A model generated the notes under the pieces. That model was not told the origin of the DNA, ran no database searches, and was given only the letters and a program-made list of their open reading frames with translations. Shown piece after piece: positions 1 through 10,647 of a stretch of 63,889 bases of DNA (position 1 is its first letter; every line of letters begins with the position of its first letter). A program made the translations under genes and the position numbers. Origin of the DNA: Limoniibacter sp. (GTDB lineage Bacteria; Pseudomonadota; Alphaproteobacteria; Rhizobiales; Rhizobiaceae); contig JANMFT010000102.1 in NCBI GenBank assembly GCA_031374255.1, forward strand, positions 1 to 63,889. Reading direction: 5' to 3'.

Positions 1-28
1 TTCAAAGCACGGCCAAGCAAGCCGGTTC

Positions 29-262
29 TCAACCAGCCTTTTGCGGCGTTTTGGCTAAGGTATCTTGGTCGCTCACGTCGTAAAGCCGTTTCAACTCGGC
101 AATCTCAGCGTCGGTGAATTTCAGGCGGGTTGCCTCCACGAGTAAGTCGACCGGCCCGCGATTGGGGGCCGGTTCGCCAAGGGCTTTATCTGAAATGCGC
201 TGTGTCTGGTTTTGTGCCATAAGCAATAAATGGGCCAGTGCCGCATGACTTTCCATCCACAT
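29..262 (-). CDS. small hypothetical protein (63-77 aa; start ATG 262 or ATG 220)
   Basis: ORF track only. Same strand as putA and 72 nt downstream of it. No recognisable motif and no clear Shine-Dalgarno. Confidence 0.25.
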   Translation of the reverse strand: MWMESHAALAHLLLMAQNQTQRISDKALGEPAPNRGPVDLLVEATRLKFTDAEIAELKRLYDVSDQDTLAKTPQKAG

Positions 263-334
263 TTCTGTGATCAGTCAAAATGCCGCCGCTCGCTTATCCC
301 TACCCTAACGCCGCCAGCAAAGACTGTCTTTTCT

Positions 335-3300
335 CTACGCTACAGCTGCAAGCAGCGACGCATTGCCACCCGAAGCTGTGGTGTCTTCGCTGACCGATTT
401 TTCTGTATAGAGCCGCTCTTTAAGTGCATCGCCATGTTCCAGCGTAAAGCGCGCTCCAGGCAGATCGGACAAAGCCATGCGAACGGCGCGGCGATCTTTG
501 CCATCATATAAGGCCAAAGTTGCACCGGATTGGGCAGCTTTGGCGGCAAAGTCGGGCTCAGTCACATCGAGCACAATTGCCTTTATGCCCAAAGCCGAAA
601 CGCGTGCGACTTGCTGGGCCGTATCGGGACCAAGACATAAAACCGTTTTGCGGGGGGATAGGATATAGCTGTTACTTTCGCCGGTCGGCCCCGCAAGCTC
701 GCTTTGACCAATTGGAAAAGCCGCTTCAACGGCCGGAATTTTCGCAAACCGGCGCACATAAAGCGGGCCGCCTGCCTTTGGCCCGGTTCCGGAAAGGCCA
801 TCACCGCCAAACGGCTGCACGCCAACCACAGCGCCAATCTGGTTGCGGTTGACGTAGACATTGCCAGCATGAATGCGTTCGCAAATCTGGTCAACACGGC
901 CATCAATGCGGCTATGAATACCGAAGGTCAGGCCATAACCGGTGGCGTTAATTTCATCGACAACTTTCATGATATCGCGGGCCTTGAATGTAACGACATG
1001 CAGAACCGGCCCGAAAATCTCACGCTTCAGGTCTGAGATTTGATCAAGCTTGATCAAATGCGGTGCAACAAATGTGCCGCCTGCTGCGGCAGATGGCAAT
1101 TTGAGTTTATGGATAACGCGGCCCTTACGCTCCATCTCGGCACAATGCGTCAGTATAATTTGGCGGGCGTCTTCATCAATGACGGGCCCGATATCATTGG
1201 CAGGGTTGGCCGGATCACCAATACGAAGCTCGTCCATTGCGCCTTTCAGCATTTCCATCAATTGTTCGGCCACGTCCACTTGCACGCAGAGCACGCGCAA
1301 CGCTGAACAACGCTGCCCCGCACTCTGGAAGGCTGATGCCAGAATATCGCGCGTTGCCTGCTCCAGCAGCGCAGTGGAGTCGACGATCATTGCGTTAAGG
1401 CCGCCGGTTTCCGCAACCAGAATAGCGTCGGCATTGCCACGTTCCGCCATGGACTTATCGATCAGGCGGGCGGTCTCGTTTGACCCGGTAAACACAACCC
1501 CGGCAATGCGCGTATCTGCCACCAAAGCCGCTCCGATTGAAGCGCCTTCGCCCTCCAGCAATTGAAACACGGCCATGGGCACACCGGCCTCAAGCATCAA
1601 GGAATGGGCTTTGCGCGCGATCAAAGGCGTTTGCTCGGCTGGTTTTGCAACGACTGCGTTACCTGCTGCAAGCGCACCTGCAATCTGGCCGGTGAAAATC
1701 GCCAGCGGGAAATTCCATGGCGAAATCGCAACAATAACCCCACGCGGTTTTGCGCCAGCTGGCAAAGCCTTGGCTTCACCTGCGTAATAGCGCAGAAAAT
1801 CCACTGCCTCGCGGAGTTCAGCGACTGCATCGCTCCAGCATTTACCGGCTTCGCGAATGGCGAGCGCGACCAATTCACCGGTGTGTTTTTCAAACAGGTT
1901 TGCTGCCTTTACCAGAATTTTGGCGCGTTCGGATGGCAATTTTGCCGACCAGAATTCCACACCTTCTTTGGCGCGGCCAATTGCGGTGACGGCATCTTCA
2001 GCGGAAGCGTCACGGCGAAAACCAACCACGTCAGCTCGGCTGGCAGGATTGGTGACGGGCGAACCTTCACCCTTAATTTTCGCATTGAGGAACGGCTTGG
2101 CCAAACCTATAAGCTCGGCGCGCATGGCTTCATCAGCCATGTTCCATCCGCGCGCATTATCGCGCGCATTATAAATATCTTGCGGCAGGTTGATCGACGG
2201 ATGGCTGGAAAAACCTTGAGCCCGCGCTTTGGCAACGGGGTCGGCGGCGATCAATTCTGGCGCAACACTCTCATCTACAATTTGGTGGACGAACGATGAA
2301 TTTGCGCCATTTTCAAGCAAACGCCTCACCAAATAAGCCAGCAAATCGCGGTGCACGCCTACTGGCGCATAAATCCGGCGGAGGCGCTTATCGTCGTCTT
2401 GTAGCACTTCGTGGAGCGGCCCGCCCATACCGTGCAGCCGCTGAAATTCAAAGGGGGCATCTTTGGGTGCAACATCTTTTGCCATCTCTTCAATGGCCAC
2501 TGCCGTATGCGCGTTGTGTGTGGCAAATTGCGGGTAGATGCGGTCTGTCATTGTCAGCAGTTTGCGCGCGCAGGCCAAATACGCAATGTCGGTATGCTCT
2601 TTACGGGTGTAGACCGGATAGGACGGCGCGCCTGAAACTTGCGCCAGTTTCACTTCTGAATCCCAATACGCGCCCTTGACGAGCCGCACCGAAAATTTGC
2701 GGTCATGTTCACACGCGGCAGCATAGAGCCAGTCAATCAAAACCGGTGTACGCTTGGCATAGGCCTGAACCACGATGCCAAGGCCAGACCAACCGGCAAG
2801 CTGCGGCTCCGACAACAGCGCCTCAATAACATCCATTGAAATTTCAAGCCGGTCTGCTTCTTCAGCATCCAGCGCCAAACCGATCTTTGCGTCCTTAGCC
2901 ATTTTTGCCAGCGCCACAATACGCGGCACCAGTTCCGTCATCACGCGGTCGCGCTGCAATATTTCATAGCGCGGGTGGAGGGCGGAGAGTTTGACCGAAA
3001 TGCCGGAATTGGACTGCGGATCATCTGACAGAGCGTGGCCCGCGATTGCGTTGATCGCGTTTGAATAGGAGCGGAAATAACGCTGCGCGTCATCTTCAGT
3101 GCGGGCAGCTTCACCCAGCATATCGAATGAGTGTAGAATGTTGCCGCGCTGACGGTCGGCCTTGGCGTTTTCCAATGCGTCTTCAATTGATGATCCGAGC
3201 ACAAATTGAGACCCGAGCATTTTCATCGCTTGGGCCACTGCCGTGCGCACAACAGGTTCACCCAAACGCTGGATGACCGAGCGCATCATGGAACCCAAAT

Positions 3301-3730
3301 CAGAACCCTTTTCAGGAGATTGGCCATAAACGCGGCCTGTCAGCATGAGCGCCCATGTTGACGCATTGACAAGCGACGACTGCGCATTGCCCAAATGGCG
3401 CGACCAGTCACCATCGCCGATTTTATCGGTGATCAATGCATCCAGAGTGGCCGCATCCGGTGTGCGCAAAAAAGCCTCGGCCAAACACATGAGGGCAACA
3501 CCTTCATCTGTGTTGAGGCCATATTCTGACAGCAGGCTTTCCATAAGGCCGGGTGTGTGGCCGGTGCGTATCGACGTTACCACATCGGCTGCGCGGCGGG
3601 TCACAGTTGCGGCAAAGGCATCATTCCATTCAAGATTATCGGCCAGCGCCGCAATCCACGGCGTTTCATCTGTATACGCCAAAGCGGCCAATGAATTGCG
3701 GATCTGTTTTGCGGTTAAGTGGTGTGCCAT
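335..3730 (-). CDS. putA: bifunctional proline dehydrogenase / L-glutamate gamma-semialdehyde dehydrogenase PutA
   Basis: 1131-aa ORF. The aldehyde dehydrogenase half has ETGGLNAMIVDST and the catalytic-Cys motif SAGQRCSALR. The C-terminus ...ASGGNASLL is typical of PutA. No N-terminal RHH DNA-binding extension is evident. Confidence 0.95.
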   Translation of the reverse strand: MAHHLTAKQIRNSLAALAYTDETPWIAALADNLEWNDAFAATVTRRAADVVTSIRTGHTPGLMESLLSEYGLNTDEGVALMCLAEAFLRTPDAATLDALITDKIGDGDWSRHLGNAQSSLVNASTWALMLTGRVYGQSPEKGSDLGSMMRSVIQRLGEPVVRTAVAQAMKMLGSQFVLGSSIEDALENAKADRQRGNILHSFDMLGEAARTEDDAQRYFRSYSNAINAIAGHALSDDPQSNSGISVKLSALHPRYEILQRDRVMTELVPRIVALAKMAKDAKIGLALDAEEADRLEISMDVIEALLSEPQLAGWSGLGIVVQAYAKRTPVLIDWLYAAACEHDRKFSVRLVKGAYWDSEVKLAQVSGAPSYPVYTRKEHTDIAYLACARKLLTMTDRIYPQFATHNAHTAVAIEEMAKDVAPKDAPFEFQRLHGMGGPLHEVLQDDDKRLRRIYAPVGVHRDLLAYLVRRLLENGANSSFVHQIVDESVAPELIAADPVAKARAQGFSSHPSINLPQDIYNARDNARGWNMADEAMRAELIGLAKPFLNAKIKGEGSPVTNPASRADVVGFRRDASAEDAVTAIGRAKEGVEFWSAKLPSERAKILVKAANLFEKHTGELVALAIREAGKCWSDAVAELREAVDFLRYYAGEAKALPAGAKPRGVIVAISPWNFPLAIFTGQIAGALAAGNAVVAKPAEQTPLIARKAHSLMLEAGVPMAVFQLLEGEGASIGAALVADTRIAGVVFTGSNETARLIDKSMAERGNADAILVAETGGLNAMIVDSTALLEQATRDILASAFQSAGQRCSALRVLCVQVDVAEQLMEMLKGAMDELRIGDPANPANDIGPVIDEDARQIILTHCAEMERKGRVIHKLKLPSAAAGGTFVAPHLIKLDQISDLKREIFGPVLHVVTFKARDIMKVVDEINATGYGLTFGIHSRIDGRVDQICERIHAGNVYVNRNQIGAVVGVQPFGGDGLSGTGPKAGGPLYVRRFAKIPAVEAAFPIGQSELAGPTGESNSYILSPRKTVLCLGPDTAQQVARVSALGIKAIVLDVTEPDFAAKAAQSGATLALYDGKDRRAVRMALSDLPGARFTLEHGDALKERLYTEKSVSEDTTASGGNASLLAAVA

Positions 3731-3881
3731 GATGACGCCTTTGCAATCAGAATTAGATCTTAGAATAGGTCTAAGCTAACCTGCAAACGAGGCATTGATT
3801 GACTAAAAAATAATGGAAACTTAGCCGTATCGTCTGAATTAAAGATAAAACCTCGACCGCATAGACTAAACGCCTGAACCG

Positions 3882-5318
3882 TCAGGCGGCATGTTTTCTG
3901 GGTTTGATGCTTGAGGCTTTTGCAGCTTCGTAGATAAGGAAGCTATTGCCGCCTTTATCCTTGGCGGCATACATGGCTTTATCTGCATTCTTGATCAAGG
4001 TATCGGGCGTTTCGGCGCTACCTTTGAACACAGTTATACCGACAGAGCACCCGACCGGTTGAACAATACCATTAAGTTCCACGCCACGGCGCAGGTTCGC
4101 CATAATCTTAGTTGCGACCATGGAGGCATCATATTTTGCGCCCTCGCAATCAGCGTCCAAATCATGAAGCAAAATTACAAACTCATCGCCACCAAGCCGG
4201 GCGATAGTATCAGACTCACGTAAGCTGCTTTCGAGACAGCGCGCGATTTTGGTGATATAAACATCGCCGGCGTCGTGACCATAAGTATCATTGATCCTTT
4301 TAAAACCGTCCAGATCAAGGAACAACAAACCCCCATGGCGGCGGCGGCGTCCGGAAATTTTGGCGGCTTCACCAAGACGATTCATCAGCAACCGGCGGTT
4401 CGGCAGATCAGTCAAAGGGTCATAATAGGCAAGGCGCTCAATGCGCTGCACGAGCTCTTTATGCTCTGTGATATCAGCCATACAACCATACCACTCGATA
4501 GCCCCATTATCGGCTTTTTCGGGCAGGGCCTTTATCTCCAGCCATTGCAACAAAGAAGCCGGTGTGCGGCGATAGCGGAATACACAATGCCATGGTTTTA
4601 ACTTCGCATAAGATTCATTCAGAGCCTTCAAATAGTCGGGCAAATCAATATCTTCCACACCGCGCAATAAAGGGCGGCCTTCAATGCAGGGCTCAGATGA
4701 GTCCACACCTGTTATGGCTTTGAATGGCTGAGACAAAAATATAATTGAGTAAGTACCGTCGAGGTCACGGCGAAGCTGAAACAAACCTCCCGGTGCCATA
4801 TCAGCAAGTTTATTAAGGCGCATCTCAACTTGCCGCTTACGGATGCTTTCGGAAATATCGCGCACTGAGCCTTCGCAATAGTTGGCGATGCCTGTCTTTG
4901 GATCAACAACCAAACGGGCGTTTTCGCTTATCCAAATACGCTCGCCGGTTTTGTGACGGTAAACTTCCGAGACGAAATCCTGCACAAATCCGTCACGGCG
5001 AAGCATCGTCAGAAATTCATCACGGCGGCCGGGTTCAACATAAAGCTGCATATCGCTGGAATTGATTCCGGCGATCATTTCACGTTCGCTGGAATAACCA
5101 TGCAGCCTGACGAGGGCGCGGTTGGCCGAAATCAGTTCGCCGTTCATGGCTTCGGAATAGACACCTTCCGAAAGATTATTGATCAGACGAAGTGTATTTT
5201 CGGCCCGAACATTTGATTTGTGAAAGCGCTGATGAAACAACGCCGCTGCTAGACCCAATAAGCCGGTGCCAACAAAATAAACCGCACCAAGTGCCAGCCA
5301 GTCTAACATAGAGTTCAC
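3882..5318 (-). CDS. membrane-anchored PAS-PAS-GGDEF diguanylate cyclase
   Basis: N-terminal hydrophobic segment (LALGAVYFVGTGLLGLAAALF), two PAS-like regions, intact RLGGDEF active site, and an RESD (RxxD) I-site five residues upstream of it. Confidence 0.9.
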   Translation of the reverse strand: MNSMLDWLALGAVYFVGTGLLGLAAALFHQRFHKSNVRAENTLRLINNLSEGVYSEAMNGELISANRALVRLHGYSSEREMIAGINSSDMQLYVEPGRRDEFLTMLRRDGFVQDFVSEVYRHKTGERIWISENARLVVDPKTGIANYCEGSVRDISESIRKRQVEMRLNKLADMAPGGLFQLRRDLDGTYSIIFLSQPFKAITGVDSSEPCIEGRPLLRGVEDIDLPDYLKALNESYAKLKPWHCVFRYRRTPASLLQWLEIKALPEKADNGAIEWYGCMADITEHKELVQRIERLAYYDPLTDLPNRRLLMNRLGEAAKISGRRRRHGGLLFLDLDGFKRINDTYGHDAGDVYITKIARCLESSLRESDTIARLGGDEFVILLHDLDADCEGAKYDASMVATKIMANLRRGVELNGIVQPVGCSVGITVFKGSAETPDTLIKNADKAMYAAKDKGGNSFLIYEAAKASSIKPRKHAA

Positions 5319-5446
5319 GCCTTGCGTCTTTTGCTTCCCTTAAGATAGGCATGCAGGCGTTTCTTTGATCTTAAATTTGCTGTTGGCAGGCCGGAAGTTC
5401 GAAAGTAGGTGAACCAAAGCTTACCAGAATTGATCCTGGTGCGACC

Positions 5447-7000
5447 TTACTGGTTTTGGGCGTCATCTTCACATTTTTGGTTGCGCAGCAATTCGCATGG
5501 ACGGCCAAGTGGCATACCGTCCCTGTCACTGCGGGCCACATCATTCAGCCAAAGATTGCGCAGTGTTTTCTTGCCCTTCTTTTGGGTTTGGCGCTGTAGT
5601 TCCTCAACCTTTAAGCCGCGATATCCTTCGCGTTCCGGGGCCAAAAACAAGTTACTGTCTTCTGTTGCACCGCTTCCATAACCAGCATTTTTAGTACCGT
5701 TACGGTCTAATTTGGAACTGCTCAACGATTGGGTGCCAAGTGGAATTTGCCGGATTTGTTCCTTACGCTTTTCGCGTGCCAGCTCAGATTGAGTACCACC
5801 CTTGGCAGAAGGCATCAAAATATCTTTCTTACCGGGGGGCGAATAGACAGAAGGCTTTGTGTTTGCCGCAGGCTGCTCAGCAATCGTGCCTTCCAGCATG
5901 ATATCCTCACTTGGCGCGGGAACGGTGGCATACTCACGCGGATCGACATAAATGGTGGTATGGTTGCGATCTTTATCCAATAGCGGAATTTTGGTAGGGT
6001 CATCATTATCGACCATCACATCACCATTATCGGTGTTGCGGCGGCCTTTTGGTTTTTTATTTGCCGGGTTTTGAGGCTCAACATTACGGACAACTGGTTT
6101 GCGCTTGGGCGCAGCCTGGTTGACAGGCTCGCTTGCAACCGGTTGCGGATCAATCGTCGCCACATCAGGCACAGCCACACTGCCTTCGGGCAGTGCAACG
6201 CCTTCACTCACATAGCCAGGCGCAGTGCCATTGCCCGATTGCGCACCGGAAATATTATAGCCGTCATTGCGCCAGATCATTTTGGGTTCCTGCATCAGGG
6301 CGGCGGGATCGACAGTGATACGCATCCCTCGGATGATTGAAACCAATTGATCAGCGTTCAAATCTGTCCGGCAGATCCGCAGACGCACTGACATTTCAGT
6401 ATAGCTGGTCGTGGTAAAGCCAAGCAAACGGCGCTCTTTCATAACGCCTTTCACACTTTGCCAGCCGAGCAGACAATTATATCCCAATTTTGAGCGGCCA
6501 AGCGCGTAGCCGTAGGTGCCATAGGCATTTGCCTCAACGGCAGACACAATCTGCATCGGGATGCCCCAAACAAACTCTTTCATGTCTGAACGGATTTGTT
6601 CCTGCCGGGTGTTTCTAACCTGCAAATATTCATTCTTGATACGATCATCAGATTTGCCCGGTTGCAACACGCGCACTTCGACGCGGTTTTCGCCGTCGGC
6701 GGCAGCCTCACTCTCAAGTACCATGGTTTGCTCAATACCGTTTGCATAGCGCTTTTCACGCACTGCAATCATCGGGCCGGCCATCATCGGCAATTCAACA
6801 AACGCATGTGATACCGGTACTTCCTTGGCGAGTTCATATTGGTAGCCATCCAAAGGGGAAGGCTCCAGAACCGTTGCCGATGTGAGCTGCCGGTCAAGCG
6901 GATTGTTAAAGACACAAGCCGACAGTGGCGCAATCAACGCCAGAACAGCAGCAGTTTTCAAACCGCTGCATTTCAGCCCTGAAAGAAATTCGGCAGCCAT
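5447..7000 (-). CDS. bcs-linked lipoprotein (BcsN-like candidate N-terminal half plus long basic low-complexity tail)
   Basis: Signal peptide with lipobox LIAPLSAC. Co-directional with and immediately downstream of the bcs genes. The BcsN assignment rests on position and size only and is not verified. Confidence 0.6.
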   Translation of the reverse strand: MAAEFLSGLKCSGLKTAAVLALIAPLSACVFNNPLDRQLTSATVLEPSPLDGYQYELAKEVPVSHAFVELPMMAGPMIAVREKRYANGIEQTMVLESEAAADGENRVEVRVLQPGKSDDRIKNEYLQVRNTRQEQIRSDMKEFVWGIPMQIVSAVEANAYGTYGYALGRSKLGYNCLLGWQSVKGVMKERRLLGFTTTSYTEMSVRLRICRTDLNADQLVSIIRGMRITVDPAALMQEPKMIWRNDGYNISGAQSGNGTAPGYVSEGVALPEGSVAVPDVATIDPQPVASEPVNQAAPKRKPVVRNVEPQNPANKKPKGRRNTDNGDVMVDNDDPTKIPLLDKDRNHTTIYVDPREYATVPAPSEDIMLEGTIAEQPAANTKPSVYSPPGKKDILMPSAKGGTQSELAREKRKEQIRQIPLGTQSLSSSKLDRNGTKNAGYGSGATEDSNLFLAPEREGYRGLKVEELQRQTQKKGKKTLRNLWLNDVARSDRDGMPLGRPCELLRNQKCEDDAQNQ

Positions 7001-7054
7001 AATGTGTCTTCCTTACTCAGTTTACGCGTTACTCAAATCATACGTCTGTTTGGT

Positions 7055-9532
7055 TCAATTCAGTCTTCCAGTGGCGGAAACGCCGCGGCGGCTGTCTGCG
7101 GTGGATAGTTGACGGTCAATTGCGATCATCAAAGCATTCGCCTCGCGCTTGAAGCCGATATGATAGAGCGACCAAGCCCGCATCATCATAATATCGCGCG
7201 GTTCGGGTGTGCGTTTTTTGCGTTCATCAAGCGCATACAGTGTTGATTGATAGTCTTTCGCCGAAAATGCGGCGCGCGCACGCTGGGTTAACAATTCAAT
7301 GTCGAGCTCACGGCGTTTTTCTGCCGACATATTGGTGTTCATCGCGGCGTTCATAGCGTCATTGGTTTTACCGTTGCGCAAGCTCGCCAGTGACTCGCCA
7401 TAACCTGCCGCTGAACTACCGCCCATTTTGCGGGCACGTGCGAAGGCCTGCTCAGCCTCGGTAGGCCGGTTGGCGCCCATCAGACACCAGCCGCGGGTTT
7501 CATAATCTTTGGCTTTTGCTTTACCTGCACTGATGAGGCGGCTCGATAAAGTGAGACAGCCAATATAATCCTTTTTGGATTGCATACGTGACAGTTCAGC
7601 CGATCCGCCACCACCGGAAGGAGCCTGTGGTTTTGAAACAGCATTTGTCTCGCGCGGCATTGATGCAACCTGACCTGCATCGGGTTGCACGGCCTGACGG
7701 CGCGGGTTGCTGCGACGCGGTTTGCGGGGTTGGGCCGCATCGTCCTCAAACGAAGCAGTCGCATTACTGTCGATACGGCTCACATTTCTGCGGTCATCGC
7801 TGCGCTCGACATCCCAAGGCGCAATCGGTTTTTCAGTGCCTTCAAGTCGCTCCACCAGACGCTGCTCGTTGAGCCGGCGGTCTTCGATTGAATCAAGACA
7901 GTCCCGATCTTCGATCCGGCCTTCTTCCTTCAATCGCGTTTCCAGCCTTTCGCGCCAATCGCGATAGTCGTCGGTTTCATAATAAATCGTTTCAATAGGC
8001 GTATCATTTCCGCATGGCAGAAACTCTGTTTCGGCAATCAAGGGATAAACCGGGCCATAAATGCGCTTATATTCATTAAACAGATCAAGATCACGCGCGG
8101 CGCGGGCAACCAGCACCAAGCCATAAGCGCCAGTGTCGGTCTCATCCCATTGAACGGCCTGCAAAAACCACTCATGGGCGGTTTTCAACTGGCGGATATT
8201 ATAGGCATACCAGCCAAGCGCTTCGGCACCTTCTCCGCGTGTCAGTTCGACCGTTTTTCCGGCATATTCGGCCAAAAACTCGGGTTCAAATTTTTCCGGG
8301 CGCTGCGGCAGCAAATATGGTGCGCCCAAATTGATATAGATGCGGCCCAAATCCTCAGATAAATTACGCCATTCCTGTGATTTCCGGAAAGCTGTCAGCC
8401 ACTCACCTTTATGTTTGAATGACAGGACTTTGCCTTCCAACACTTCAGGGTCTTGGTTCTCTTCCGGCATCATTTCGAACCAACGGTGGGATTGTTCCCA
8501 ATCCTCAACCTGAAATGCGCTCCATGCTAGAAGCTCAATATCAACCTGATTATTATTGGCAACGGCGCGCTCCATGAACATACGCAGCCGCTCATCAAAA
8601 CGTTCCGGCAATTGCTCTCCGGTTCTAAGCGATGCTTCAAGCAGACCGCGAATAAGCCCGTCTTCGATGACACTGATATCTTCAGTGGCCGTGACATAGG
8701 CCATCATCTCATTGATATAGGCCTCAAGGTCTTCGGCCGTTAAATAGACGGCGGCTTTTTGCAATGTCGCTGCTTTAAGCGACGCGTTTTCTGATACGGT
8801 TAAAGCAGCGCGATAGGCATCAATAGCTGCGGTTTTATTTGCCGTCTCCGAAAAGGCCTGACCGGCAAACCACAAAAGCTCCACATCCTGGCCATTGACC
8901 AAGCCGGGCTGGGCATCAATTTTGGCCAGAACACCAGCCCAATTTTTGGCCTCCACCAGCGCTTTGACTTCCACGCGCGTTTCGCGTTGCGCAATCGAGG
9001 CAAGCAGCACAGATGAAGGCTGCCAACCCGGATCAGCGGTACGGATTTCATCAATGCGGCGTTTCAAAAGTGCCAAGTCACCTTTGCTGAAAAGATCCCA
9101 CAACTCCTGCTCAGCGGCAGAATTGTCAGCAAACAAATCTCGCGGGGCGATCCAGCCCGGATAGAGCGATTCTATGCGCTGATATTCCCGGCGATACCGG
9201 TCATGCTCACCATTTTTTGCATAGTAGCGCAAAGCCTCAAGATCAGGGCCGCGTGTTGGCAACACAAGGCTCGCCGCCAGTGCTTCGCCCCTGCCAGTAT
9301 CAACCGAATTGGTTTGATTGACATTTGCGGCGCCTTCTTTGGCCATAACAGCTGACGGATCGATAGCCGGTGTTACGCCTTTACCCTTACCTGATTGCAA
9401 TACTGGCACGACGATCTGATCAGCGGGCGTCACCGCTGGCGCCGCGGCTTCTTGAGCAAAAGCTATACCGATTAGCGCGGCATGAATCAGCGCAGTCAAA
9501 ACCAAAGACCGGGGCGAAAACATCAAACGCAT
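7055..9532 (-). CDS. TPR-repeat cellulose synthase operon protein (BcsK-like / BcsC N-terminal-like, no beta-barrel domain)
   Basis: Signal peptide (LIGIAFAQ) and helical TPR-like repeats throughout. Overlaps the bcsZ stop (9523-9532). The C-terminus lacks an OM barrel signature. Confidence 0.7.
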   Translation of the reverse strand: MRLMFSPRSLVLTALIHAALIGIAFAQEAAAPAVTPADQIVVPVLQSGKGKGVTPAIDPSAVMAKEGAANVNQTNSVDTGRGEALAASLVLPTRGPDLEALRYYAKNGEHDRYRREYQRIESLYPGWIAPRDLFADNSAAEQELWDLFSKGDLALLKRRIDEIRTADPGWQPSSVLLASIAQRETRVEVKALVEAKNWAGVLAKIDAQPGLVNGQDVELLWFAGQAFSETANKTAAIDAYRAALTVSENASLKAATLQKAAVYLTAEDLEAYINEMMAYVTATEDISVIEDGLIRGLLEASLRTGEQLPERFDERLRMFMERAVANNNQVDIELLAWSAFQVEDWEQSHRWFEMMPEENQDPEVLEGKVLSFKHKGEWLTAFRKSQEWRNLSEDLGRIYINLGAPYLLPQRPEKFEPEFLAEYAGKTVELTRGEGAEALGWYAYNIRQLKTAHEWFLQAVQWDETDTGAYGLVLVARAARDLDLFNEYKRIYGPVYPLIAETEFLPCGNDTPIETIYYETDDYRDWRERLETRLKEEGRIEDRDCLDSIEDRRLNEQRLVERLEGTEKPIAPWDVERSDDRRNVSRIDSNATASFEDDAAQPRKPRRSNPRRQAVQPDAGQVASMPRETNAVSKPQAPSGGGGSAELSRMQSKKDYIGCLTLSSRLISAGKAKAKDYETRGWCLMGANRPTEAEQAFARARKMGGSSAAGYGESLASLRNGKTNDAMNAAMNTNMSAEKRRELDIELLTQRARAAFSAKDYQSTLYALDERKKRTPEPRDIMMMRAWSLYHIGFKREANALMIAIDRQLSTADSRRGVSATGRLN

Positions 9533-10647
9533 TTAGGGTAACTCTGTCGGGCAGCTATAATGGCAAGCATCTGCAATGTTGCAGGATAGTAGTTAACATC
9601 AAGCGAAGTTAACGTACTGGAGGGGAACGGTGTTGATGATGTCGCGCATTGGTAGAGAGACCGGATTGATTCATAACCGGGGTCAGATAACGTGTCACGG
9701 AGGCTGCGGTCATTCGTACCAATTGTTTTGAGCGGGCCTTCCAATTGAAACCAGTTTTCAAATGAAGCCCGCAACGCGCGCCGTGATTTCGGGCCGGTCA
9801 TTGCCAGATAAAGCGGGATGCGGATGGCGTTATAGCCAAAGGCATCATCAAATCCGGGTGCGGTCACGCGCTTGCCATTTTGAATATCGAGCGCAAACCA
9901 GTCTGACGGCAAGGTAGAGGCAAAATTTTGTGATGCCTCAATGTGGGCCATACCACTTTTGGTGAGTTCAGCCCATATCGGTTGTGGCGCTAAAACAGCC
10001 AGACGGTCAAAGGCCGGAAACACCCAATAGGACAGGTTGATGACGGGCTGCCCGCCGCGCTCTTCAGCTGAAAAACCAACTTTACCCGGCATCATTTGCA
10101 AACCCAGGCTTCCTGCATCATAAACGGTTGAACGCAGCGCCAGCGCAATCTCTTTGGCCCGCACAGAATATTGTGTCCCAAAGCCTGCCGCAGCCGCCTC
10201 AGCCAGTGCCCACGCGATCAACAGATCTCCATCCGTTGCATTGTTGGTATCAGTGATTTGCCCAATTTCCGGGCCTGTGACAGGGGCGCTATTGTTTGCT
10301 GCAACGACAACGGCTTTTGGCTCAAACTTCCACGCACCAAGCCCGTCCTCACGGATATACATGGTGGTTTCTGTAAATCCCCAAATGCGTTCAAATGCTG
10401 GTCTATCATTGGCCGCAACGGCGAGCAGCATGCCGTAACCTTGGCTTTCAGTGTGCGAAATTCCGCCATTGACGTTGTCGATGACGCGCCCGTCGGGCGT
10501 GACAAACTGCGCCGCATAAGTCTGCCAAAGACTGGAATCTTTTGACAATGCGCCGCCCAACGGCTTGCCGCCAGCAAGTGCAGGCGAAGCTGCAATGAGC
10601 CCTGCAAGCAAGGCAAATTTGGTGAAAAGACCGTTACCCATGCTCAC
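9523..10647 (-). CDS. bcsZ: GH8 endo-1,4-beta-glucanase BcsZ
   Basis: Signal peptide. GH8 motifs ISHTESQGYGMLLA and ATDGDLLIAWAL. Positioned after bcsB. Confidence 0.9.
   Translation of the reverse strand: MSMGNGLFTKFALLAGLIAASPALAGGKPLGGALSKDSSLWQTYAAQFVTPDGRVIDNVNGGISHTESQGYGMLLAVAANDRPAFERIWGFTETTMYIREDGLGAWKFEPKAVVVAANNSAPVTGPEIGQITDTNNATDGDLLIAWALAEAAAAGFGTQYSVRAKEIALALRSTVYDAGSLGLQMMPGKVGFSAEERGGQPVINLSYWVFPAFDRLAVLAPQPIWAELTKSGMAHIEASQNFASTLPSDWFALDIQNGKRVTAPGFDDAFGYNAIRIPLYLAMTGPKSRRALRASFENWFQLEGPLKTIGTNDRSLRDTLSDPGYESIRSLYQCATSSTPFPSSTLTSLDVNYYPATLQMLAIIAARQSYPKCV

Noticed and set aside
1562-2299. 245-aa plus-strand ORF, and several other 60-170-aa ORFs, inside putA on the opposite strand
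   Set aside because: It is fully antisense to a confidently identified 1131-aa gene. Composition is Arg/Gly/Cys-rich and there are no motifs. This is typical antisense read-through in moderately GC-rich coding DNA.
3872-3887. Hairpin GCCTGA-ACCG-TCAGGC overlapping the stop codon of the GGDEF gene (possible terminator before putA)
   Set aside because: The stem is only 6 bp, the downstream U-tract is poor (GTTTAGTCTAT), and half of the stem is coding. Too weak to call.
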